Assembly (NCBI GenBank): GCA_020184695.1
Contig: JAANOX010000235.1
Span: 102,419 to 166,418 of the forward strand
Reading direction: 5' to 3'
Length of the DNA stretch: 64,000 nt
Source of the DNA: Histomonas meleagridis 2922-C6/04-290x
Taxonomy: Eukaryota > Protista > Parabasalia
Shown: positions 24,029-34,988 of the stretch, in pieces
Numbering within the stretch: the stretch's first letter is position 1
How the letters are laid out: the number at the start of each line of letters is the position of its first letter
Notes under the pieces: model-generated
Database searches by the model: none
Told to the model about the DNA's origin: nothing
The model's input: the letters and a program-made list of their open reading frames with translations, nothing else
Position numbers and translations under genes: made by a program

Positions 24029-25192
24029 CTATACAGGTGGGTCATCTTCCGGGAACCAAATCAAATTCATTGGGTCAATTCTTGGCTTCTGAGGACTCGC
24101 CTCAAGTTTGCTTATTGCCTTTGCCAACGCCTCCTTATTTATATCGAGTTCATATTCTCCTTTTACGAACACTACGCATTGTATTTCCTTTAATATTTCG
24201 ATTATATCATCCTTTTCGATCGAAGTCAATCTTTCTATTTGATCTATTGATTGGATATCAGATTTATAATCTCTTAATAACTCAATTATAGTATCTCTAC
24301 TATACGAATGAAATGCGATCTTCCCTAAATCGCTAAGAGGACGCTCAGGACCGCCGGAAACCTTTTGACGTTTTGCGAGCTCATAACTAAGCGAAATCAA
24401 AAGTCGGCCATAGCCTTTCTTTTGATATGGAGGAAAAACCACAATGCACGCGAGAATATTGCCTTCTTCGCTTGCAAGTTCACGGCTATAATATGCTGCG
24501 GCATGCGCGCCCTCAGAATCACACTCACATAAAACATAAAAAACAAATCCTTCAACATCATAGTATAATGTTTTGTGGTCTAAAAATAATTTGGCAAGGA
24601 GACAAAGTGATTGACACGCAAATTTTTGATGGCGCCCTTGGAGTTCAAAGATACTAATGTTGCCTTTGCGATATATTTCGCGGCCTGGTGGAAATTGTTC
24701 TTGTTTTTCGGCAACATGTTGATCTAAATTTTCTTTGGTATCAAAGTATTGAAAACATTTCTCGCAAATATAAAGATGTGGGAGATCTCCAAATGGTTTT
24801 GGATATGGAGAAAAATACCAGGTTCTGATGGAATATTTTCCAATTGTAATCGTATCAATGTTTCGGATTTTGGTAACTTCTTTATGAAGCTCTTCGAAAT
24901 GTTGTATTTCAGCTGATTGTTCATCTTCATCTCCTGATGAGCCACCAATAAGACGTCTTGAATATCTGGTTAAAACTCGCTCTTCTTGATGATTTGGATG
25001 AGCCTCTGCGTCGAATTTGGATAGATGACTTGTTAGAACCCATCGATCTAAACGTTTATCTTGATGCAAAAAATGAATATATGCTTCAGTTTGATTATTA
25101 CGAAATTGGAAAATTTGAGCCTCCATTTCTTCTCCCATTTCTTCACAGAAACAAGAAACAAGATCATTGATTTCGAACTCGGATTGATTCAT
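24029..25192 (-). CDS. MYST-family histone acetyltransferase (Esa1/Tip60/MOF-like)
   Basis: Tudor-knot YIHFLHQDKRLDRWV, TWYFSPYP, C2HC finger CEKC, PPGREIYR, LLAKLFLDHKTLYYDV, PPYQKKGYG, GPERPLSDLG. Confidence 0.95.
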   Translation of the reverse strand: MNQSEFEINDLVSCFCEEMGEEMEAQIFQFRNNQTEAYIHFLHQDKRLDRWVLTSHLSKFDAEAHPNHQEERVLTRYSRRLIGGSSGDEDEQSAEIQHFEELHKEVTKIRNIDTITIGKYSIRTWYFSPYPKPFGDLPHLYICEKCFQYFDTKENLDQHVAEKQEQFPPGREIYRKGNISIFELQGRHQKFACQSLCLLAKLFLDHKTLYYDVEGFVFYVLCECDSEGAHAAAYYSRELASEEGNILACIVVFPPYQKKGYGRLLISLSYELAKRQKVSGGPERPLSDLGKIAFHSYSRDTIIELLRDYKSDIQSIDQIERLTSIEKDDIIEILKEIQCVVFVKGEYELDINKEALAKAISKLEASPQKPRIDPMNLIWFPEDDPPV

Positions 25193-25259
25193 GGTATTTT
25201 TAGGTGAGGTGTTGTAAGTTATTCAAATAAACGTTCTTCTAACCGACCATGACTGTCAT

Positions 25260-25272
25260 AACCGTTTCCTTT
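25260..25272 (+). promoter_or_regulatory. M3 (Myb-like, AACCGTT) plus M5 (CCTTT) core promoter of RPL23
   Basis: AACCGTT at 25260-25266, CCTTT at 25268-25272, ATG at 25279. Matches motifs known from Trichomonas vaginalis promoters. Confidence 0.6.
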
Positions 25273-25278
25273 TAGAGG

Positions 25279-25701
25279 ATGTCAAAGAGAGGACGTACAG
25301 GTCAACAAGGCACCAAGTTCGCAATGACACTTGCTCTTCCAGTTGGGGCAGTTGTTCAATGCGCCGATAACTCTGGTGCCAAAACAATGTTCGTTATTTC
25401 AAAGCGTGGACATAAGGGAAGATTAAACAGACTCCCAGCAGCAACAGTTTCCGATCTTATCGTTGTTACAATTAAGAAAGGTAAACCAACACTTCGTAAG
25501 AAGGTTATGTGTGCAGTTATTGTTCGTCAAAAGAGATTATGGCGTCGTAAGGATGGTGTTGTAATAGGATTCGAAGATAATGCAGGTGTTGTTATTAATG
25601 ATAAGGGTGAAATGAAGGGTTCTGCAATCACAGGTCCAGTTGCAAAAGAATGCGCTGAGCTTTGGCCAAAAATCGCGAGTGTTGCACCTGCAGTTTTCTA
25701 A
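25279..25701 (+). CDS. RPL23: 60S ribosomal protein L23 (uL14)
   Basis: [46 protein letters not shown]. Confidence 0.97.
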   Translation: MSKRGRTGQQGTKFAMTLALPVGAVVQCADNSGAKTMFVISKRGHKGRLNRLPAATVSDLIVVTIKKGKPTLRKKVMCAVIVRQKRLWRRKDGVVIGFEDNAGVVINDKGEMKGSAITGPVAKECAELWPKIASVAPAVF

Positions 25702-25981
25702 AGAAAACTCTTTGATTATTTTATTTTTTTTGTAATTTCTTAGAAAAAGAATTATATCATTAATCTTCTTAAGAAAGAAATCATTTAAAATGTGATTCTG
25801 AATAAATGAGCATCTATTAAATGCTATCCAACTAAAGACTTTTTTGTAATTTAAAGTTTAATATATTATTAAATTCTTTTTTTTTTTTTTTTATTAAGCA
25901 AAAAATTTTAATCACACATCAATTCTTGTGCGACCAAAATTAAATGCAAAAAATATATATTTTCCCGGAAAAAATTTAAAT

Positions 25982-26260
25982 TTATGACAAAATAAAAAAT
26001 TCATGTTTTGTAATTTTTGCACCACATGTTGGGCACCTCTTTGGTTCGGGTAGGTTATCAAAGCAATCTAAGCAAACAGCTGCGTGATAGCAAGGGTAGG
26101 TCATCATTGAAATAAGATTTTGCTGACATATTCTACAATAACCAAATTTGGTGACACGGCACGAACACACACCAATTACTTCTGGTTCTGATGAATCTGA
26201 TTCACTTCCTGATGAAACATAAATTACTTCAGACATGTGATATAAAAATATATTAGGCAA
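25982..26260 (-). CDS. RING-finger (C3HC4-type) protein
   Basis: CRIC..PCYH..CLDC..CPTC spacing. Confidence 0.8.
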   Translation of the reverse strand: MPNIFLYHMSEVIYVSSGSESDSSEPEVIGVCSCRVTKFGYCRICQQNLISMMTYPCYHAAVCLDCFDNLPEPKRCPTCGAKITKHEFFILS

Positions 26261-27064
26261 TGGCCGTTATTTCAAATTCAATTCTTATAAGTGGCTTTGC
26301 CCGTATCGTTCATGTATTTCTAAATGTAACCGTTTGTCGTAAAAAGAGAATTGTGTTCCTCAGTAAACATTGATCAAGGAGTATATTATCACAAACATTA
26401 ACACCTGCCACTAGCATACCAAAGAAGTGATGCATTAATTTTTGTTTCTCTCTTAAATGTATTTTAAATGACTTATATTTGGAAATCAATTACTGTTCTT
26501 TGAAACCACAACTTTCATTTTTTGAAGAAACGAAAACTAATTTAAGATATGATTTTGACTTTGAAGTGAAAATGTTGTTTTAAACCTATATCATCTCAAA
26601 AAGCAAAAAAATAGGGATGTTTAAAAACATTCTTCTAAAAATCAAAAATATTTATCGTTAATGGACGAAGTTTTTCAACATGTGAAAAAAGTTGGTTCTT
26701 CGTTGTTCCTAGGAAGTAAGTGACTTCCCATGGTGAAGGAAGTTTGAACGGTTGACATAAAAAAATTGAAATCTTTTCAATGGAAAAAAGTTGAGTGAAG
26801 GAAATTTCAATGTTGTGTAAAAATCATCAACTAAACAGTTATATATTGATTCAAGGAATTAAAACTATTTCTGAGTATGATTTATATCTTCAAATTTTAT
26901 GTGAAACTAGGAAATCCGTTACATCTCTTCCCAAAATCAATGATTCACTTAGATGTGATTTTCATCATCTTAATCAAAATTCTTCAAATTTAATGTCTTT
27001 TTTGTACAAAAAAAATTTGTCAAATATTTTATTTATTGCTATAGTTTTTCTTATCTTATATTTA

Positions 27065-28730
27065 ATGTCAAAAACTTATTTATTAATAATTTATCGAATT
27101 ATTCCAAAAGAGAAAATCAAATTTAAAATTTTACCATTTTTATTCATTTTCTTTTTTGAACAAATATTTTCAGCATATGATGGTAATACTAAAACACTTA
27201 CAATAATTAATTTAAATGATTATAATACGAGATCTACATATAAACAGGATACAAAATATCTCATAATTCAAGGAGGAATTAATATAATAAATTCCAACTC
27301 ATTTTTAGAATGGCCTTCTTTAATTTCAGTTGATATAGGGAATACGATTATATCGATTGAATCTAATGCTTTTGATAAATGTCAAAATCTTGAAACAGTA
27401 TTTATTGGTGAATCTGTCGAAACGATTGGAAGTCAAGCATTTTCTAATTGTATTAAATTAATCAATATTACTATTGGAAATAATGTAATAACGATTGGAA
27501 GTAATGGATTTTCATCATGTTCTTCATTAATAAATATCACGATTCCAAATTCTGTTACATCGATTCAAAGTTATACATTTTCTTCATGTATTAAATTAGA
27601 AAATATTATTATTGGAGAAAATATAAATTTTATTGGTGAATATGCATTTTTTTCATGTATTTCATTAAAAAATATTACAATTCCTAAATCAGTTTATACT
27701 ATTGAACAAAATGCATTTGCTAATTGTACTAAACTTTATTTTATTAATGTATCTCAAGATAATTCATATTATTCTGAACGAGATGGAATTCTTTATGATA
27801 AAAATTATACAGAAATTGTTTATTATCCATTAGGAAGATCAAATGATACAATAAAAATCTCAGATTCACTTATGAAAATTGGAAATACAGCATTTAAACA
27901 ATGGACAACATTAAAGATAGTATATATAGGTGAAAATATAACAACAATTGGAGCATATTCTTTTGAAGAATGTATTAATTTAGAAATTGTTATCTTTGGA
28001 GATAAAGTAAATTCTATTGGAGCTTCAGCATTTTCTAAATGTTCATCATTAATAAACATAACAATTCCTGACTCAGTTGCAACGATTGAATCCTATGCGT
28101 TTCAGTACTGTTCTTCATTAAGAACAGTTATTATTGGTCAAAATGTAAGTTTAATTGGAGATTCAGCATTTTCTTATTGTTCCTCATTAACAAATATAAC
28201 AATTCCTGATTCAGTAGCAACGATTGAATCTGGTGCATTTCAGTATTGTTCTTCATTAAGAACAGTTATCATTGGTCAAAATGTGAATTCTATTGAAAAA
28301 GAAGCATTTGCACAATGCAGCAATCTCACATGTATTTACTTTTTAGGTTATATAACTCCAAATGTAGAAGATGATGCTTTTGATAATATTGAAAATAAAA
28401 CTGTTATGGCATCCGACTTATATCAAAATGAAACATTTGGAGAACTTAACATATCCAAAGGAACGCCAATTGATGAATGTGATCAATATCCGTGGTCAAC
28501 ACACACATTTACTAAATCAAATACATATACAAATACATTTACAAATCCCTTTTCGAAATCAAATACATACACCAAATCAAATACATTCACTAAATCAAAT
28601 CCATTCACTAAGCAAAACTACTGAAATCCTTTCTGAGTCTTCATCAGACAATGAAAAGCAAACCATACATATTGATGATGAATTTAATAATGTAATTCGA
28701 CATGATGAAGATCAATGGTTAATACATTAA
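27065..28730 (+). CDS. BspA-like leucine-rich-repeat surface protein 1 (frameshift near 28615)
   Basis: 23-aa TpLRR units (ITIPDSVATIESYAFQYCSSL), FTKSNT repeats, then the tail ..DEDQWLIH in a shifted frame. Start uncertain. Confidence 0.85.
28505..28611 (+). repeat. Thr/Ser-rich FTKSNT-type stalk repeat
   Basis: Imperfect TTCACTAAATCAAATACA 18-nt units. Confidence 0.8.
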
Positions 28731-29151
28731 CCTAAAAATAAAAAAGAATAAATTTTAAAATAAACGTAATTAATGATTTTAATAATATTTGTTTTGATGT
28801 AAATTTTAACTAAATGTTTTTAATGTATTTTTATAAATATATTCCCCATAAAAATGGAAGAACGATAGACAGATAAATTCAATTTCATTTTGAAAAGTTG
28901 GCAATTTGTGAAAATTTGAATACTTTATTTTACATCAGGTTCTCACCGAACTAGGATGCGCACGCAGCCAAATGCTGTTTCAGCTCTAATTCTCTTACCT
29001 TCATATTGTTTGAATGCAGCTGAGCATGTTATTCCATTAATGGATAAACATGAAATATTACAATTCAACTTGATTATATTCTTAATCAAATTCGTTGTAA
29101 TAACAATTGAAATGGAATTCCAAAAAGCAATTTCATCACATTATTTTTAGT

Positions 29152-30545
29152 ATGCACAACAAATTAAACATTATTTCCAAGATATCTAAAGTTTTCATTA
29201 TTAATAGTATTGAATACTTCAATGAAAATAATAACACATTAATAATTCATGAATATTCTCAATTTAATAACGAATATAAAAATATTACGGAATATGTTTT
29301 TATATACTGTAATATAACAGAAATACCAGAAAATGCATTTTAAGGATGTATTTGAACAATATCATTGTACCGAATTCAGTTACATCAATTGGAGTATTTG
29401 AATTTTCATCATGTACTAATTTAGATAATATTACAATTAGTGAAAATATTACAATTATTAATTCTTATTTATTTAATGGATGTATTAAATTATATAATAT
29501 TAAAATCCCAAATAACGTTAAAGAAATCGGAAGTTCAGTATTTTCAGGATGTTCTAATTTAAATAATATTATAATACCAAATTCAGTTACATCAATTGGA
29601 TCATTTGCATTTTCATCATGTATTAATTAAGATAATATTATAATACCGAATTCAGTTACATTACTTGGATCATATGCATTTTCAGGATGTATTTCATTAA
29701 ATAAAATACAATTAGCGAAAATATACCAATTATTGATCACTGTGTTTTTAATTCATCTATTAATTTAATTAATATTACTATTCCGAATTCAGTTACATTA
29801 ATTGGTCAATATGCATTTTCATCATGTAAATCACTTTATTTTAATTAATTTTGGTGAAAATGTTCAAGAAATTCAAAATTATGCATTTAAATCATGTATA
29901 AACCTTCATTGTATTTTCTTTGGAGGTAAAACAGAACCAATTATTGATGAAACGTCATTTATCGATGTACCTGCACGAATTGTTATGCTAACACCATTAT
30001 ACAATATTTCTACTTTTTTATAAATTTAATGTTACACAAGGAACAATTTCAATATGTTTTTCAACAACATATACAATTCACTAAATCAAATACATATACA
30101 TTTACTGAGTCAAACTCATTCACTAATTCGAATACATTTACAAAATCAAATACATTTACAAAGTCACTTCCAAATGGTGCAAACTTTTCACTCACTCTAT
30201 CATATACAGAATTTATATCGAACACGCAAACAATTTCTTTAATCCATTCTCTTCTTCGCACTTATTCTCTTACACTATCTGGTACATCGCAAACGAATAT
30301 ACAATTATACAACATATTATAATTATTATATGAATTGCTTCACTTTAATATATTCATTATCTATCGCATTCGTGTTAATTGTTATAGCAATCGCTATTTT
30401 TCTTGTTAAGAATAATAAGAAAAAAGAATTTTCTTCGAAAAAACATGATACCAAAAATTCGATAACTTCTTAAACACCTTTGGTAGAAGAAGTAAACAAA
30501 GAAATTGAAAATTTGGCTAAAGATGATGAAGACCAATGGATCTGA
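29152..30545 (+). pseudogene. BspA-like LRR protein 2, disrupted
   Basis: IIIPNSVTSIGSFAFSSC units, stalk repeats, TM helix (IYSLSIAFVLIVIAIAIFLV) and tail DDEDQWI; multiple in-frame stops and frameshifts. Confidence 0.85.
30077..30166 (+). repeat. FTKSNT-type stalk repeat of BspA 2
   Basis: Same 18-nt unit as at 28505-28611. Confidence 0.8.
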
Positions 30546-31014
30546 TAGCCAAATAATATTTAGTTTCATAAAAATGGGTTCATAAATTTCTATTTTTATT
30601 AGACATTTTTTAGATTAAAAATTCATTGAATCAAATAATTTGAGATTTTACTTTAAATTAATTTAAATCCCTTTTAAATATTTTTTTTTTATTCATGTAA
30701 ATATTGCTTAAATTTGTAGTTTTTACAAAATCTCATAATTTTTTTAGGGATTTTTATTGTAAACTGTTATACTAATTGTTTATCTCATTGCTTCCTATTA
30801 AAATAAAATTATTTATATGAAATATAAAAAGAGTTTTAAATTTGTCAATAAATCAAATCAGAGTCTTTCGATATTCGAAAATTAAAATTTAATGTCTCAT
30901 ATTCAAAGATTAAATAAACAATTACGGTCTGAATTATGAAAAAAAGTTATTTATGATGAAGCAATACAGGCGTTTTATGATTATAAATGATATTTCTTTC
31001 AAATCATATTACTC

Positions 31015-32136
31015 TCAAAACAATAGTGAATTGAAATGTTTTCTTGTCGGTCGAGTCGAAGGTAACTTTCTAAAAATCGGGTACAAAATTCTTGCTGCGC
31101 CATCCACCTCATCAATTGGCGGCACAATCCAAGGCCTATTCTTTTCATAATATTCATCCACCGATATCCAACCTGGGTCACATCCATGAATCGAGAATGG
31201 TATTCCATTATCAGTCATCAATTTAGCTTCAGGCAAACATCTTGTTAACATATGCAATGCAGCCTTTGCCATATTCGTATGTATATGTTTATCATTTTTC
31301 GATATGCTGAAATTACCTTCGCGCGCATGCACCGTTATGAAATATGGCGCTGTTTTCGATTTCTTCATTAATGGAATCATCGTTTGGAAAAATAGAGCTG
31401 GCGCAATTGCATTAATACGCATCAGTTCTTCCATTTCTTCCTGGCATATGTCATAGATATTCATACACCACGTATTGGTAAATTCACTTTTTACAAATTT
31501 GGCATCGCCATAACGATTCGTTTCTTGTGTAGAAGATTTAACTTCATCGCGTTGTTTCTCACGAACACGAATGGTTTGCGCTGCACAAAAGATAACATTT
31601 GTGACCGATTCATGCTTGTTTTCAATAAATCGTTTAAATTCTTCAAAAAGTGATTTGAGATTAGAATTATCCAAATCAAGACCTTTGTCATAAATTTCAA
31701 GTCGGTGAAGCCATTCTTGACTGTCTTCATACCCCTTGAAAAGTTCATATGTTTGTTGAGGATATCTTGATGTACCAATTACTATCGAACCAGCTCGAAG
31801 TAGTTTCAATGTAACTTGATGCCCAAGCTTGGTTCGACAACCAATAACAACTGAAACTTGGTTTGGTAATGGACATGAATACATTCGATTTTCTTTAAAT
31901 AGTTCTCCACATCTTATACATGAAAATGGATAAACTGGGTGTGGTGTGCGAGCAAAGGTACCACACCCGTAGCAACGGAAATATCGGTTGCCTGAACGAT
32001 GAATACTTTTAGTAGTATATGGAATCGTTCTATCCATCTTATCTAATTCATAACAGGAAGAACAAAATTGTCGTGTAACAGCGTTGTTTCCACCAACTTT
32101 TTGGAAAAAGTCAATGATTTCTTCTTGGGAAATCAT
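31015..32136 (-). CDS. Atypical short-chain dehydrogenase with N-terminal Cys-rich segment
   Basis: CYGC..CIRC, then Rossmann VSVVIGCRTKLGHQVTLKLLRAG, HTNMAKAAL and DPGWIS. Start taken as MISQ at 32136. Confidence 0.8.
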   Translation of the reverse strand: MISQEEIIDFFQKVGGNNAVTRQFCSSCYELDKMDRTIPYTTKSIHRSGNRYFRCYGCGTFARTPHPVYPFSCIRCGELFKENRMYSCPLPNQVSVVIGCRTKLGHQVTLKLLRAGSIVIGTSRYPQQTYELFKGYEDSQEWLHRLEIYDKGLDLDNSNLKSLFEEFKRFIENKHESVTNVIFCAAQTIRVREKQRDEVKSSTQETNRYGDAKFVKSEFTNTWCMNIYDICQEEMEELMRINAIAPALFFQTMIPLMKKSKTAPYFITVHAREGNFSISKNDKHIHTNMAKAALHMLTRCLPEAKLMTDNGIPFSIHGCDPGWISVDEYYEKNRPWIVPPIDEVDGAARILYPIFRKLPSTRPTRKHFNSLLF

Positions 32137-32765
32137 CACTTTTTTTCGATCATTTTTTCTTTTTTGATTTTTCTTTATGCGTTTAAATAAATAATAAAAC
32201 ATTATAAGGAATATTATAGAAATTACAAGCTGATAAGTTGAAAAGTTGAACATGATTGGAACTTCAACAAGGCAGCATTTCTTTTCAAAAAAAAAAAAGA
32301 ATTCTTGAGGAATTTGTATTGTGTTCTGAATAAATCATTCAAAAAGTGAACAATAACAGACAATTGATCGTTATAGACTGAAGGAAGTCTATCGTTGCCT
32401 ATATGAAGCAGCAAAGGCAGATTAAATATAATTTGGCACATTGAACTTCACAAAAACAATGAAGAATATTTATATTTATTATAGATGAAAAATTATATGT
32501 CAGTAACCCTCAAAAGATGAATAGAGAGTGTGTAACAAAATAAATGATATTTATTAAAATTTATTCAATTCCTTGAAGAAAATGGAATTTTATCAAAAGT
32601 TAAAAGCTCACAGCAAAAAAAAATGTGAAAATATAGTATTTAGAACTGAAGATTGTTGTGGACCGCCCCAAAACCGTTAACAATATGAGCATAGGAAAAA
32701 TTTGTTTTGTGTAACGGCCGTTAATAATGCACTTTTTTATAAACAGTGAAATCACATAACATATT

Positions 32766-34780
32766 TTGCAAAACTCTCAAAGCACTGTATATTCTTTTCT
32801 TCAAAGTATAGAAAAAATTGTTTTCAACTTAAGTGAAAAGAACATTGAAGAATCAGTTCAATCTATTAATAATTTATTACCTGAAGATTTTCAGAATACT
32901 TCTATTTTAATTATTTGTGAACTAGTTTTTACTGCATTCCCTAGTCAAAGGAAAGATGCTGATATATATCTAAAATTTCTAAATTCAATCGAAAACCTAG
33001 AAAAATTGAAAACAAATACAAAAATAATGTGTGTTTTTGCAAAATTCTTAAAACTAATGTTTACTCAAGAATCTTTTTATCTTCTTCAGAAAATGTATGA
33101 TATGGAATTTATTGAATCAAGTTTTCTAGAAAAAATTAAAACTTGTTATTTTGCACATTTAAATACAAAAGAAAATATCAAAAAATTAGAATTTTCATAT
33201 CCTAAACCAAAGTTCACAGATTATTTTCTGATAAGTCTTGAAAAACTTTCCAAATCCGATTGGAAACTACATAAGGAACTAATTAAAGAAGGAGTTAATC
33301 CAAGACAAATTGCAAAAATTCTTCGAAATGATGATTTGGAAAAATTACAAGAAATTTCAACACAGGATAAATTTGATTTTAATCAAATCATTCAACCATC
33401 ACTTTATGAAAAATATGAATTTATTAATAAAGAGAATGTTACATTAATTGATTATGCAGCATTTTTCGGCTCAATTAAATGTTTTAGATTTTTAAAACTT
33501 AATGGAGCAAATATGAGAAATACATTTCAATATGCAATTGCGGGAGGAAATATAGAAATTATTCATTTATGCGAAGAAGATAACACAACATTTGAAAATA
33601 TATATAATGTGGCAATTGAATTTCATAGAAATGATATTTTTCGTTATTTATATGAAAAGAAAACTAATGAAATTAGCAATTTAACAGATTTAGGAGTTAC
33701 ATGTATTCAAAATTATAACTATGAAATCTTTTCATTTCTAGTAAACGAAGGAATGGAAATTAATCACGATATTATATATGATTCCGCTTGTGTTGGTAAC
33801 ACTTTTCTAGTTCAATACTTCCTTGATAATGTATTTGTTCCTAAAATAATTTTAAATGAGTCAATATATTCAGAAAATCTCGAACTTATAGAATATTTAT
33901 TAAACAGAAAAAATGTTCAAAAAAATGCAACAAATGATGTTTATTTTGATCAATTGTTTTTTCGTTGATATCATGGGCGTTTTTTCAAAGAATTTCGAAC
34001 ACCACTTTTTATCGCTGTAACTATAGGTTCTTATGAAATTGTTAAATTAATTCTTAGTCATAAAGGAATTTTACTTAATATTCAAGATATTTTTGAGTTT
34101 TTTTTGACGTTTGTTTAACTCTTTAACAATTTCAATTTATAACTTGGAAATTCATCACTTTTTTTAAAACTGCACTGATTAAAGCATCTAAGAAGTATCC
34201 TGCAATTGTAGAATTATTACTTCAACAAAAAGGAATAGATGTAAATATTCGGGATATTTATTGTATTGATATTGCGTTTATTTCATATATTTGGATGTTA
34301 AAAGAAAATTTAAGTATATGATTTACTTAATTAGATCAGCTCTTATGACTGCAACTCTTGCAAAACGTACAGACATAGTAAAATTGCTTCTTCAACATAA
34401 GGATATTGATGTAAATACATATGACATATATTCTTATTTTTTGATATTTATTTCTTATTTCCGAGGTTTTTTAAATAAACTGAATTTATTCCTTTTTTAG
34501 GGACAGTGCTTATGATAGCTGCTGAATATGGATACACTGATATTGTCAAATTACTTCTTGATCACAAAGATATTGATGTATTTATTGAAGATGTTATACT
34601 TTTTTATTTAGGATTTTTTATGTGGACTTATTGCTTGATTTGAATATTTGAAAAAATTCATTTATAATATTTGCTTCAGCATATACAAGAGCTCTTAATA
34701 ATGGAAATGATGAAATTGCAAACCTTATAGCAAAAAAAAGTGGTATTTTTGAAGATTATTCTGACAAAGACGATTTTTAA
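32766..34780 (+). CDS. DUF3447-domain ankyrin-repeat protein split by spacers (locus 2)
   Basis: 400-codon ORF with LRNDDLEKLQE..LIDYAAFFGSIKCF..AIAGGNIEIIHLC. Stop-free ankyrin blocks at 33999-34088, 34169-34255, 34336-34425, 34503-34592 and 34676-34780. No ATG seen at the ORF start. Confidence 0.8.
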
Positions 34781-34988
34781 GATTTTTTAAATGACTTTCT
34801 TTATATTAGTAATTTGAATTCAAGATATATCTTTTTGATATAAATAAAAAGTTTATCATAATTTCTTCTAATAAAAAATGTTACCCTATTTTAATGAGTG
34901 AATCCAATTTTTTTGGTGCTATTCATACAAATCTACAATAAAAATGGAAATGAAATTTGAGGGCACCCTTTCTCGTTCAGAAAATTGA

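Noticed and set aside
33939-34502. Canonical GT-AG introns inside the locus-2 spacers (33964-33990 and 34466-34500 would restore frame)
   Set aside because: No CTAAC branch motif, they would leave 11- and 14-aa linkers, and locus-1 spacers have no AG at all; not a general explanation.
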